Positions 10,045 through 20,260 of a DNA stretch of 64,000 nt are shown piece by piece. The position numbers were made by a program, and so were the translations under genes. Source of the stretch: Candidatus Latescibacterota bacterium (GTDB lineage Bacteria; Latescibacterota; UBA2968; UBA8231); contig CBDCXV010000010.1 in assembly GCA_965223905.1 (NCBI GenBank), forward strand, positions 2,080,001 through 2,144,000. Reading direction: 5' to 3'. Every line of letters begins with the position of its first letter. The stretch's first letter is position 1. The notes beneath the pieces are model-generated. The model was not told the DNA's origin, searched no databases, and was given only the letters and a program-made list of their open reading frames with translations.

Positions 10045-10746
10045 CTAGGGAAACGCGAGGATTTTTGAATCCGGAAAGTCCCCCTTCCAGCGGTTCCAGG
10101 GGGTAAGGGTGGAGTTGAGTTCAGGCAAGAACCGGTCCGCGTAGGTGCCGCTGATGCAGGTCAGCCCGTCGGTGCCCTCCAGGTGGTACCACATGCTTTT
10201 GGTCTCGAAGTCGTAGAGCACGAAGGTGTTGCGATAGGTCCACCCGCTTGCGCCCAGGGTCAAGGTCTCTCCGTCGATTTCTCGGCTGTACACGGCAGCC
10301 AGGTTGGCCAGCGGTCAGTAGGCCACAGCCACGTGCGCTTCCCCGAATTGCTCGTTGGCCACTTCCTTCCAGCGCATGATAAAGATGGGGTAGGCGCGGG
10401 TGAAACCGTTGAGGTTGACCCCCACCACGAGAAAGTCGTCGTCGTCGGACGGGTAGTCCTGATCGCCGGGGGAAAGCATCCGGGGGTTCAGGATGGGCCT
10501 GATGGCATGTATCCCCATACCGTGTTCAAAGCGCTCGGGAACCATGCCGTATTTCTGCGCGTGGGTCACGTCCCAGGTCTTGGCCTCGAAGTCGATGATC
10601 GAGGCTTTCGGAAACTCGGTCTGGTCCCCCCCCTGATCGTTCGAAGGAGCCGGCTGGGGGGCAGGGTTGTAAACGGCATCGCGACCACAACCGCTTGAAA
10701 GCACGGCCCAAACTCCAAAAAGAACGACTGTACCAGCAAATCTCAT
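10045..10746 (-). CDS. DUF3179-family lipoprotein paralog, predicted selenoprotein (UGA at 10315-10317)
   Basis: ORFs 10315..10746 and 10045..10293 in frame across TGA: VAVAY-U-PLANLAAVYSR; LSSGC lipobox. Confidence 0.85.
10284..10300 (-). promoter_or_regulatory. Candidate bacterial SECIS hairpin
   Basis: Same GGCUGCCGUGUACAGCC stem-loop, 14 nt downstream of the UGA. Confidence 0.6.
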
Positions 10747-10907
10747 GGGGTTGCCTTCAGGAAGAATTCACCCTGATCAGTGGGGGACGCGAAAGAGACC
10801 AGGCGCATGACGTGTTCAATATAGGGAAAGCTGGGTAAAATCCAGTCCCTGGGGTGAAGAATCCACCTTGCCCCCTCGCCACAACATTCGAGGTGGAATT
10901 GGGGACC

Positions 10908-12602
10908 TCAAGGCGGGTCCTCCGTGACGGTCAAAACCTGGTCGGCCTCGATCTCTTCGATCACCGTGACCATGCCGCTCGGCCACCGCACCTGCAGCTC
11001 GTCGATCCTGCCTTCATCCCCCAGTCCGAAGGCCACGCGACGGTCGTTCGAGGACAGGTAGCCGTAGCTGCCCTTGGCTTCCTTCATCTGCACCAGATCG
11101 CCGGACACTACCCGAATTCGCGCTCCGATCCCGTCCCGGTTGCTCCGTGTTCCCGCGGTGCTGACCGCCACCCAATGGTTCCTGTTGCCTCCCTCGTTGC
11201 GCAGCAGGGAGCACGGACCGTTCGAATTAGAGACGAACAGGTCGACATCTCCATCGTTGTCGTAGTCTCCGACGGCCGCACCGTGACTCACGCCCTCGAG
11301 GCGAAAGCCCGGTCCGGACACATCGGTCATCTCCCTGAATGTTCCATCCCGGTTGTTTCTGAAGAGCTGATTCCTCTGGGCATAGTCGGCTCGTGGGTCG
11401 TATTCCTTGACGTTCCTGTCCAGATGGCCGTTGGCGATGAACAAGTCCTGGTAGCCATCGTTGTCATAGTCGAGGAACAGGGCGGTCATCCCCAAGTAGG
11501 GCAGGCTCTCCCGGGCGATGCGAGCCTGAAGAGACACGTCGGTGAAGAAGCCGTCGCCATCGTTGTGGTAAAGCGTGTTGCCGTGCCATTGAAAGGTGGC
11601 GATGACTATGTCCAGATGGCCGTCGTTGTCGTAATCGGCGGCATCCGCCCCCATCCTCGGCTGGTCGGCCCCTTCTTCGGTATACGCCACGCCGGACGCC
11701 AGCGCTATGTCGGAGAACGTGCCGTCATTGTTGTTCTGAAACAGGAAATTCGGCGTTTTGTCGTTGGCGACGAAGAGGTCCGGATCCCCGTCATCGTCAT
11801 AGTCGCCGACAGCTACGCCGAATTGCCTCCCATCCGTCGTGAGAAGGCCCGCCTGTCCGGTCACATCGGTGAAGGAGTCTTTTCCCTTGTTCCTGTACAG
11901 GCGGCCCGACTGGCCCGGATAGGAGAGGGGGCCGCAGTAGATCCTTACCCTGCCGAGAATCCTCCCCGCTCTCCCCTGCAGACACAGCTTGTTGTGCTGG
12001 AGGTCGAACTCCAGGTAGTTGGCCACGTACAGATCGAGACCTCCGTTCCCGTCGTAGTCGACGAAAACCGCGTTCGTCCCCCAGCCCTCATCTCCCACCC
12101 CTGCGATATCGGTTACATCGAAAAAGGTCCCGTCGCCATCGTTTCGATACAGCAGATTCGCCCCGAAATTGGTCACGTAGAGATCCTGATCTCCGTCGTT
12201 GTCATAGTCGCCCGCCGCCGCGCCCATACCGTAACCGGTATCTCCGACTCCGGCCTCCCCGGTGACTTCGGCAAAGGTGCGGTCCCCCTCGTTCCGGTAG
12301 AGACTGTTCCTGGGTTCCGGATCGCCGCGGAAGCCCGGCATGGGAGCCCCGTTGACGATGTAGAGATCGAGAAACCCGTCGTTGTCATAGTCGAAGAAAG
12401 CCGCCCCTGAACCCATTGGTTCGGGCATGTACTTCCCGCCGCTGGCACCGTCGACATAGCGGAACTCGATGCCGGATTCCGAGGTCACGTCAACGAACTT
12501 CACCGGCTGAGCGATGGCCCTGCCGATGAGAATCGCGAACACTGGCACGACCACCAGGACATTAGCGGACAAGATCGACCCTCCGGCAACCGCCGGCTCC
12601 AC
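10908..12602 (-). CDS. CRTAC1-family FG-GAP/ASPIC-UnbV protein
   Basis: MGSGAAFFDYDNDGFLDLY, many FG-GAP repeats, C-terminal SNRDGIGARI...GYLSSNDRRVAFGLG...RWPSG. Confidence 0.92.
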   Translation of the reverse strand: MEPAVAGGSILSANVLVVVPVFAILIGRAIAQPVKFVDVTSESGIEFRYVDGASGGKYMPEPMGSGAAFFDYDNDGFLDLYIVNGAPMPGFRGDPEPRNSLYRNEGDRTFAEVTGEAGVGDTGYGMGAAAGDYDNDGDQDLYVTNFGANLLYRNDGDGTFFDVTDIAGVGDEGWGTNAVFVDYDGNGGLDLYVANYLEFDLQHNKLCLQGRAGRILGRVRIYCGPLSYPGQSGRLYRNKGKDSFTDVTGQAGLLTTDGRQFGVAVGDYDDDGDPDLFVANDKTPNFLFQNNNDGTFSDIALASGVAYTEEGADQPRMGADAADYDNDGHLDIVIATFQWHGNTLYHNDGDGFFTDVSLQARIARESLPYLGMTALFLDYDNDGYQDLFIANGHLDRNVKEYDPRADYAQRNQLFRNNRDGTFREMTDVSGPGFRLEGVSHGAAVGDYDNDGDVDLFVSNSNGPCSLLRNEGGNRNHWVAVSTAGTRSNRDGIGARIRVVSGDLVQMKEAKGSYGYLSSNDRRVAFGLGDEGRIDELQVRWPSGMVTVIEEIEADQVLTVTEDPP

Positions 12603-12663
12603 ATACCATTTATTACTCCGTAGAAGTGGGAAATTCCATTCCCGTATCGAGGACCCGCACTGT

Positions 12664-14631
12664 TCAGTAGGCCATGCTCAATCCATTACCTCTCATCCCG
12701 GTGAAATAGTCGACGATGAGCCATAATCCCCCGGCGACGAACTGGCCGAGGATCAACCCGTAGAAAAGGGGCCAGAGGGAGCGATAGGCCTTGAGGCCGC
12801 CGTACTTCAACAGGATCGACTTGATCGACCAGGCCAGGAAGGTCGGAAACCAGGCCGTGTCCATCACACGGTCCATGCTGACCACGAATCCCAGAGGATG
12901 TAGCGGCCACCACAGGAATCGGCGCTGCAGGAACAGCAGGCCCGTCATCACCCCGGCCCCAATCAGCCGGATGAGCCAACCCAATCCGTTCGGCCCGGCA
13001 TTCTCCTCGACCCTGCTCGACACATACGCCCAGGTGAAGTCGGGCAGGTAGCCCACGGAACGAGCTACGTTGATGCCCCCATCCCGGTAGGTTACCCACA
13101 ACGACGTCCAGAACGTGCTGACCGCAGAAATCGCGATGGCGATGGCGATCGCCAGCAACAGCCAGCGCTTTCGATGGGCGATCTCGCCGCTCAGCTTCAG
13201 CCCCGTGGCGGTGTGCGCCATCATCGTGCTCGCCAGCGATTCCGTCCATATCACCGTGGGGCCCAGCGCCGCCATCCCCGCAGGCCCGATGTAGCGCACC
13301 CCGCCCCCGGAGACCACGAAGTCCAAGGGGATGTTGCGCGGAAACACCATCGGCAGCCCCGCCTCGGCGATGATGCGCGTCAGGCTGACGAAGGTCACCA
13401 GGGCCCCGAACAGAAACAGCGGCCCAGCCCACAGGGGAAGTCCGGTGCGCCACAGCCACAGAACCATCACGACCAGTCCGATGATCACCCCCCATACCGC
13501 GGTGCGGTAGGACATGATCTCACTGGAATCGTCCACGGAGGCATCCCCGCGGAACGCCTTGCGGAACACCGCCCGCAGATGCCCCCGGGCTATCCACAGC
13601 CCGAACAGCACCAGCGCTATCATCGCCCCGATGCTCTGATGCGCCAGGATTCCCCTGACGCCGCCGCCGCCCCCGTAGTTGGACAGAGCTTCCCCGATAC
13701 CGGCTCCCGCAAGGTGAAGCACACCCTCCTCGAGGCGGCGCAAAACGTAGAACACCCACATCCCGAGCATGACGTCCGCCTTGAGGAAGTACGCGAACCC
13801 CAGGATCATCAGGTTTAGCGAGAAGCCCAGATCCGCAACCCGTCGCAGCAGAGAGATCCGTCCCAGATGTCTCGGAATCACCGGAACGAAGGGGAAGTAG
13901 TGGTGCAGGGCATTGAGGGTCTCCCGGACGAACGTCAGCAGCAAACCCACCCACATCAGCCCGCTCTTGAAAAAAGGGGCCACCAGCGAGCCGCCGGGCG
14001 GCGGTTCGACCATCGCCAGCGGAACTTTGGTTATGGGATAGATCAGGTGTTCGTGTTCCACCCACTGGCGGCGAAGAATAACCATCGAACAGATGCTGAC
14101 CATCCACAACGCCACCATGAACAGCAACCACCAGAACAGGGGCGGCAACCACATGCCCCAGGGGATGGATTCCCCTTCCGGCAGGCCTTCGAAGAACCAC
14201 CGGATCCCCAGCTCGTCCTGGGGGACCATCCATTTCGCTACGTAGGGATGAACCCGCTCGGCCCATTCGTTCTCCGGCGTCGCCAGGTAGGACACCCCGG
14301 CGGTGGACCCCAACAGCATCAGGCAGAATCCGTTGCGCTCTCCACCCGAGAAAGCCGTGGCGACGACCATCATGATGTAGATCGTCAACAGCTCCCCCCC
14401 GCCCAGGGCAAGCCTCCGGTGAATCGCTCCCAACAGCACCTGGACGACACCGACCCACAGGAAGAACAGGAAGAAGGCGGCCGGAGCGTTCAACGAGCTC
14501 ATATGGCTGCCCATGATGACGTAGGCACCGTAGGGCACACCCACGCCGATCACCAGGCTGAGGCCGGCCCCGATGACCAGCGAGCGCAACGTAACCCCGG
14601 AGGGCGAGGTCGTCTCTATTCCCCCTGACAA
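12664..14631 (-). CDS. DUF6785/DUF6784-type polytopic membrane protein (putative transporter)
   Basis: Many TM helices; ATPENEW, LRRQWVEHEHLIYPI, WWPLHPLG, KYGG...P.F.GLILG motifs. Confidence 0.75.
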   Translation of the reverse strand: MSGGIETTSPSGVTLRSLVIGAGLSLVIGVGVPYGAYVIMGSHMSSLNAPAAFFLFFLWVGVVQVLLGAIHRRLALGGGELLTIYIMMVVATAFSGGERNGFCLMLLGSTAGVSYLATPENEWAERVHPYVAKWMVPQDELGIRWFFEGLPEGESIPWGMWLPPLFWWLLFMVALWMVSICSMVILRRQWVEHEHLIYPITKVPLAMVEPPPGGSLVAPFFKSGLMWVGLLLTFVRETLNALHHYFPFVPVIPRHLGRISLLRRVADLGFSLNLMILGFAYFLKADVMLGMWVFYVLRRLEEGVLHLAGAGIGEALSNYGGGGGVRGILAHQSIGAMIALVLFGLWIARGHLRAVFRKAFRGDASVDDSSEIMSYRTAVWGVIIGLVVMVLWLWRTGLPLWAGPLFLFGALVTFVSLTRIIAEAGLPMVFPRNIPLDFVVSGGGVRYIGPAGMAALGPTVIWTESLASTMMAHTATGLKLSGEIAHRKRWLLLAIAIAIAISAVSTFWTSLWVTYRDGGINVARSVGYLPDFTWAYVSSRVEENAGPNGLGWLIRLIGAGVMTGLLFLQRRFLWWPLHPLGFVVSMDRVMDTAWFPTFLAWSIKSILLKYGGLKAYRSLWPLFYGLILGQFVAGGLWLIVDYFTGMRGNGLSMAY

Positions 14632-14762
14632 ACCCGGTAGTTTCCCTCTCGAGTGTCGCGAGGAAACCTCGACGACCTACTCAATTCGAATTGTGACAGG
14701 ATGCAACTGGAATGAGATGGAGACGGGCTCTGAGAGAGGCCCGAGGAGGAGGAGGAGGACTA

Positions 14763-16001
14763 CTACTCGATCTCCTCAAACGAAAACGGATACACCACTG
14801 TTACATCGGTCACCGGAGGACGTCTCTGAACTCTCGTGGTTTCGTCCCGACGCGATTCAGCCGCCTGCCCGGGCTCGCCACCCCGGGAGGTGGCCTGTTG
14901 AGTCGGCCTCGCCCGCTGTGCAAACTGTCCGGCGGGTTGGAACTGCCAGCGCCGCACTTCGGCCATGATACAGGCGCCCACCCCCGCATTCATGACCGTG
15001 GACCTGGTCACACTCACAGCCTCGACCACGCCGTTCACACGAATCGTGAACTGAACCTCGACGGCGCCCTCGACTGCCTCTCCCCGGTCGAAGGCCTCGG
15101 CAAAACATCGCCGCAGGTCAGTGAGGTTGCGGTCGACTATTGAGTTGATCGCGCCCGTGTCCCGGGCGAGATCTCCCTGCTGGTTGCCGCGGATCTGGCG
15201 GGGTCCCCGGATGACCACCCGCGTCGTCTGCGTGGTCCCCTTGCCTGCATCCGCGTCCTCTTCCCCTACCACCTGCCGGCTGACCAGACGGCTGAAATCG
15301 AACGGAATGTCGATTGTCTCGGCGGGATTCCCCGAGGCGTCGAACTTGTGCGCGAAATCCTTGAGAATCAGACGCGCGTTGCGAACCTTGGAATGAAGGG
15401 GATCGAAAACGATGAACCCGGTGTAGTTCTCCCCCTTGAAGATCACCTCGTCTTCTCCGTACGCGGTTCCCCGCACGATCCCTATCCGTTTGGAAAAGCG
15501 ATAATGCTCATTGCCGCTGATGCCTCGCAACGCCCGGTAGTACCCCTCCAGACTTTTGCGATCAGCCACGGGGGCGACTGTATAGGATTGCAGATAGTCT
15601 CCCCGATCCGTCAACAGGATCACCTTGAGGGGATCCAACTGCATCCTGGAGTAGGTGTAGTTGTACACGGAAACGTTGAACACGGTGAAACGATTGGGAA
15701 CGTACCCCACGTTCCGGTCCATCCAATCCCCGTAGGTGTAGGGATTGGTCGATAGTTTCCCTCCCCTGGAATCGTCGGGGAACATCCCGTTCAACGCCTG
15801 ATCGGTCATATGCTGCACATCGATCCGGGAGCCCTCCAGGTGGTAGGAGACTACTCCGTCATCCCCTATGGAATACTCCTCGCGCTCCGCTTCCTTCGGC
15901 TCGAGGACCGAACGGTACTCGACTTTCTGCAACGTCAGGCACGCGGTGAGGAAAGTCAGGGCCGTCAGCATACCGGAACGCAGGACACGGCAAGGTATCA
16001 T
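14763..16001 (-). CDS. Lipoprotein with C-terminal AgmX/TonB-C-like domain
   Basis: LTAC lipobox after a GGAG RBS; C-terminal LRRCF...GAVEVQFTIRVNGVV...VGACI...WQF...VVYPFSF. Confidence 0.7.
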   Translation of the reverse strand: MIPCRVLRSGMLTALTFLTACLTLQKVEYRSVLEPKEAEREEYSIGDDGVVSYHLEGSRIDVQHMTDQALNGMFPDDSRGGKLSTNPYTYGDWMDRNVGYVPNRFTVFNVSVYNYTYSRMQLDPLKVILLTDRGDYLQSYTVAPVADRKSLEGYYRALRGISGNEHYRFSKRIGIVRGTAYGEDEVIFKGENYTGFIVFDPLHSKVRNARLILKDFAHKFDASGNPAETIDIPFDFSRLVSRQVVGEEDADAGKGTTQTTRVVIRGPRQIRGNQQGDLARDTGAINSIVDRNLTDLRRCFAEAFDRGEAVEGAVEVQFTIRVNGVVEAVSVTRSTVMNAGVGACIMAEVRRWQFQPAGQFAQRARPTQQATSRGGEPGQAAESRRDETTRVQRRPPVTDVTVVYPFSFEEIE

Positions 16002-16056
16002 GAGTCTCAACTCCTGCAGCAATCGTATCGGCGCCAACCCACTGCTCCGAAGGGCC

Positions 16057-17832
16057 TCATCCGTTGGGAGTGAGCCGCAGCAGGCGGCGCACCGCGCTCC
16101 AGCCTTCGGTAAAGGGACCGACCGGGACGTAATCCCCGGGATACGGACGGCCGAAGTAGTCGCAACTCAACAGCTCGTCGCGCGGCACCGTCGGGACCGC
16201 ATCGGTCGCCGAGGACCAAGCCAGAAGCTGGTCCCGGGGATCGATCGCAACGTCGAGCCGGGCGGTCCGGCTGTGGGTGTCGAGACCGGACTCCTGCCAG
16301 TCGCCGAGACTGAACCCCTCGCCCATGCCGGAGAGGATGTTGTTGTCCGAGACGTTCTCCATGACGACGTATTCGAATGGGATCGGACACCGGGCGATGA
16401 TGTTGTTGATGATGCGGTTGTCCTTGCAGACGCCCACGCGGTCCCTGGTGGGATTCTTGCGCATGTGAACCCCGGCGTGATCGCAATTCAGTACCAGGTT
16501 GTGGGCGATCAGAAGCTGGTCACAGTCCTGCTGGTAAATGCCGCTACCCGCCTCGACGTTGTAGACGACGTTGTGGTCGATCAGGTTGGGGAACTTCGAC
16601 GCCTCGAAGAAGATCGCCCCGGAGGTCGACGCGATGTCGTGCACCAGATTCCGGCATACTCGGGAATTCCGGTTGGCGAAATCGATCCAGATTCCCGGGG
16701 CGGCGCAACAATGGTGGATGTGATTACACTGCACCACCGAGTCGACGACGATGAGGATCTTTATACCGGCCGTCTCCCAGTAGCGCTCCACCTCCTGCCA
16801 GCCGCAGTCGTGGATGTGATTGCCGGCCACCAGGTTGCGCGGGACGACGGTTCCCTGAATGCCGCCCGTGCCGCAATCGTACACCTGATTGCGCTGGACC
16901 AGATGACCGCCCGTCGTCTCCTCCAGCTCATTGCGGTTTTCATCCTCAAAGCTCTCGTCGGTGAAGCCGCCGATCTCGATCCCCACCGAATTGATGTGGC
17001 GGACGGTGTTGTCCTCGATGATCCAGTGGTGGCCGCCCCAGGTCGTCACCGCGCCGTTGCCGGAGCGGATGAAACCGTTGCCGGCGTGCTCGAAGGTCAA
17101 CCCCCTGATGAGGATATACCCCAGCCCCCTGAGCTGCGGATTGAACAGAAACTGCCGGGCGGTGGCCTCGATCTGGCAGCTGTTGGGATCGCGGCGATCG
17201 AAGGGGTGCATGAGCAGCGTGCGGTTCTCCGCATCGATCCAGAACGCCCCGGGGACCCGGGGCAGGTCGTCGCGCGTCCCGAGCTGGGTCAGACGCCGGC
17301 CGTCCTGGAAAACCATTGCCCGGGGCAAGGTGTGCGGGGCCCGTCCACGCTCCGCGTGGGCCCAGTGCATGAGCTCGAAGTCCGCCTCGGTGGTATTGAC
17401 CACGGCAAAGGGATGATCCCCTTCGAAGAAGGCCTCGGGCAGCTCTGCCGTCCACACGCTCAACGACCGCGCCGCACCGGTATGTGTCCACGTCCCGCTG
17501 ATCGCCTGGGAGCCGCGGATGATCGCTTCGGCCCCCGGGGCGGCCTCGAAGCCGATCATCCCGTCCGCGCCGGTGCCGCCGCGTCGAGGCCGCACCCACT
17601 CGCGGTAGACGCCCGACTTTATCAGCACCTTCCCGGCCGGCTCGACGACCTCGGCGGCGCGCTGAATCGTGAGAAAGGGAGCCTCTTCGGTGCCTGGATT
17701 GTCGTCGGCCGCCCCCGGATGCTGTTGATCGACATAGTACACCTTCCGGTAGTCGGTCTCATCCTCCCAAGCCAGGAACCGGGTCCCGTCCGGAAGAGCC
17801 GGTAGATCCCAAGGGCTCGATCGCGTGGTCAT
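16057..17832 (-). CDS. Right-handed parallel beta-helix protein (DUF1565 N-terminus)
   Basis: DDNPGTEEAPFLTIQRAA...GVYRE; repeated N-x-I/V-H-D beta-helix rungs; GIWID. Confidence 0.85.
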   Translation of the reverse strand: MTTRSSPWDLPALPDGTRFLAWEDETDYRKVYYVDQQHPGAADDNPGTEEAPFLTIQRAAEVVEPAGKVLIKSGVYREWVRPRRGGTGADGMIGFEAAPGAEAIIRGSQAISGTWTHTGAARSLSVWTAELPEAFFEGDHPFAVVNTTEADFELMHWAHAERGRAPHTLPRAMVFQDGRRLTQLGTRDDLPRVPGAFWIDAENRTLLMHPFDRRDPNSCQIEATARQFLFNPQLRGLGYILIRGLTFEHAGNGFIRSGNGAVTTWGGHHWIIEDNTVRHINSVGIEIGGFTDESFEDENRNELEETTGGHLVQRNQVYDCGTGGIQGTVVPRNLVAGNHIHDCGWQEVERYWETAGIKILIVVDSVVQCNHIHHCCAAPGIWIDFANRNSRVCRNLVHDIASTSGAIFFEASKFPNLIDHNVVYNVEAGSGIYQQDCDQLLIAHNLVLNCDHAGVHMRKNPTRDRVGVCKDNRIINNIIARCPIPFEYVVMENVSDNNILSGMGEGFSLGDWQESGLDTHSRTARLDVAIDPRDQLLAWSSATDAVPTVPRDELLSCDYFGRPYPGDYVPVGPFTEGWSAVRRLLRLTPNG

Positions 17833-17861
17833 TTCTTCGATATCCCGTACATGCAGGTTCG

Positions 17862-19061
17862 TCAGCGTTGACTGTAGAAATCGATCTGCTGCTGTGCGAT
17901 CGAGCCCTGTTGCGTCAGGGCGAATACCACCAGATTCAGCCCCATCTTCAGCTGCGGCTCGTTCTCGTACTCTCTCTGCCAGATCCTCCCATACGCCTTG
18001 TCCGAATAGACCGCCACCAGCCGTCCTTCCAGAAAAATCCCCTCCAGGTGCGGCGCCGGAATCCCATCTCCACTGCCGCCCCGGGAGCCTTCGACCTCTC
18101 CACCGGGCGGGGGTCCATCGTCGAAGTCGAAAAAGCTGTGATGGATGGGGTGATCGTTCGAGAGGATCTGGAATCGCGCATCCTTCCCGAGCACGTCCCG
18201 GAACATCTTCCGGAGCGAGGCTTCAGCCGGGCCGTATTCCAGACCCGGCACACCGTTCTCCGCGAATATGAACCCTCCCATCCTCATGTACTCCCCTACG
18301 TTGCGGGCCTCGTGTGCGGTGAGATTGAATCCCTTGTTCGCGGTGATGTACACGAACGGCGCCTTGAACAGATCGCGCGAATCCAGAGGCAGGCGTTCCT
18401 CCACCTTGGCGTTGATCAAGGTGTACTTGTTGACAGCCCTCGCCAGTTGTGGGATCGCCCGGGGCGTCGGGGGATCCAGCTCCTCCCCCACTGCCAACGC
18501 GAGGTACACGAACCCCTGAATGTCCTGCTTGTCCGTCGGATTCTGGATTACGAGCCCCTTGTATTTCCCCGTGTCCAACGCATCGAGATCGAGAAACTCC
18601 TCCTGCATGCTGAGGCGCTTCTCAGGCTCCTTGGTGCTGGCCAATCGCGCGAAAGCCGCGGTCTCCGGCACGACCGCATCTCCACCCACGGTCGCCCCGC
18701 TTTCGATCGCATAGTTGAACGTCGCCACCGTTCCGAACACATCCGGGCGGTTGATGCGCTCGGCGATTGCGATGTCGGGGACGGCCTCCGCTTCGACTCT
18801 CCTTCGCGTCATCTTCCGCTGAACCCGCTTTTTCTTCAACTCGAACGGCTTTGTCAACCTGGGAGTCCGCATCACGAACTCGACCGTGGGCGGCTGCGCT
18901 TCCCGGATCGCCGTCCTGGAAATCAGCAGATAGGCCAACAACCCTGCGTGCGCCAACAGGGCAATGACCAGACCGGCGATCACCAACCGGCGGTTCTCGG
19001 CGCTCAGCCGGTCCAACCTCAACGCATCGGCTGGTCCCTCGAATCGTCCGCGCTGCGCCAT
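17862..19061 (-). CDS. DUF4159 domain protein with N-terminal membrane anchor
   Basis: APFVYIT...YMRMGGFIF...HPIHHSFFDF...LEGI.LEGRL...MGLNLVVFALT; start ATG 19061 after GGAG. Confidence 0.8.
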   Translation of the reverse strand: MAQRGRFEGPADALRLDRLSAENRRLVIAGLVIALLAHAGLLAYLLISRTAIREAQPPTVEFVMRTPRLTKPFELKKKRVQRKMTRRRVEAEAVPDIAIAERINRPDVFGTVATFNYAIESGATVGGDAVVPETAAFARLASTKEPEKRLSMQEEFLDLDALDTGKYKGLVIQNPTDKQDIQGFVYLALAVGEELDPPTPRAIPQLARAVNKYTLINAKVEERLPLDSRDLFKAPFVYITANKGFNLTAHEARNVGEYMRMGGFIFAENGVPGLEYGPAEASLRKMFRDVLGKDARFQILSNDHPIHHSFFDFDDGPPPGGEVEGSRGGSGDGIPAPHLEGIFLEGRLVAVYSDKAYGRIWQREYENEPQLKMGLNLVVFALTQQGSIAQQQIDFYSQR

Positions 19062-19081
19062 CGATTCTCCCAACGAATTGT

Positions 19082-19519
19082 TTAGTACACCAACACCGAA
19101 TCGACAGCCGAGGCGGGTCCTCTGAACAACCGTTCGTCCACCGCGCTGACCTGGAAGTAGAACCAGGTCGAGTCGACGAACCCCTCGGCCGTCAAGCTGG
19201 ACTCTTCGATGGTGTGGGTCGTCTCCTTCACAAGGGTCTCCCTCAGAAGTCCCGTGCTGTCGGAGATCGAGACCGCATACCCCTTTACATTCGCTTCGTC
19301 CGCAATCGTCCAGGTCAGCACGATCCGCTCCTCGTCGACGAACTCCCCCTGAAGATCCCTGGGCGTGTCGAGCAACGTCCTGTGAAACGCTACGGGAGCT
19401 TCGTGCTCCTTGCTGCAGAAAAGGGAGCCCGCCCCCAGCATACCCCCCAAAAGGACATGCCATACCTTCAGGCGGCCGAACCCCTGTCGCGCCGTCGATT
19501 CCTGTCTCTTCCGTACCAC
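19082..19519 (-). CDS. Small putative lipoprotein with FN3-like fold
   Basis: GTG start after GGAGG; GSLFC; PRDL...LTW...GY...YFQVSAVD...GPAS pattern. Confidence 0.6.
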   Translation of the reverse strand: MVRKRQESTARQGFGRLKVWHVLLGGMLGAGSLFCSKEHEAPVAFHRTLLDTPRDLQGEFVDEERIVLTWTIADEANVKGYAVSISDSTGLLRETLVKETTHTIEESSLTAEGFVDSTWFYFQVSAVDERLFRGPASAVDSVLVY

Positions 19520-19542
19520 GATCCCAATCCTCCGCCAGTCGG

Positions 19543-20088
19543 TCAGAACTGCTTCGATACCACGATCCCCGCCGTCCCACCTACGAAACCGACCGACAAC
19601 CCGGGCCGGTGGTGGACCTTCTTCGCAGCGGCCGCATCTCCAGATCGCAGGATATCCACCACATTCAACACATAGATCCCGGCCATCGCATATGCGAAGA
19701 TCCGGCGGCGGCCATGCAGCCTGTCGAGGTCGTCGTTGAGATCGACCAGGCGCTCCCACTTGGCCTCGGCTTCCCGGTGGCTGCCCCCGTTGCGCAGGGC
19801 GTCATACTCCTTCCAGGATGTTTCATACACCTCCAGGAGGGTATTGTATTCCTCGTGCCTGTCCACCGCGGCGACCAGGGCTGCCAACCCGGTCAGAAAG
19901 AACGCCCCACCCTTCTGCTGTTGACCCGTAGCCATCTGTCCCAGACCGGGAAACAGCACGGACAGCATGACCGCCGTGTTCCGCGACACCCGGACCTCCT
20001 CGGCGAACATCTCCTCCTCGGCCCTGACCATCCAAGGCGTGCCGCAAACAAACGCCGCGCACACGACAACGCAAATCAGATTTTTCAC
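19543..20088 (-). CDS. DUF5683-like membrane/secreted protein
   Basis: AVMLSVLFPGLGQ motif, IYVLNVVD; GTG start after GAGGAG. Confidence 0.6.
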   Translation of the reverse strand: MKNLICVVVCAAFVCGTPWMVRAEEEMFAEEVRVSRNTAVMLSVLFPGLGQMATGQQQKGGAFFLTGLAALVAAVDRHEEYNTLLEVYETSWKEYDALRNGGSHREAEAKWERLVDLNDDLDRLHGRRRIFAYAMAGIYVLNVVDILRSGDAAAAKKVHHRPGLSVGFVGGTAGIVVSKQF

Positions 20089-20260
20089 GGTTCTCCTCTC
20101 GGGGCCTTCCCGGTGCCAGCGTGCTCGAGTCCGCGTACGGAAGCTCCCGGACGCCTGACTCGCGAGGTGGGACGGCGTGGGCGGGATACCCACCGGGGAC
20201 CCAACGCAGCGATTCGGGATGCATCGGCGGCCGAATTCATGCTCTACGCGTACCCAGGTA

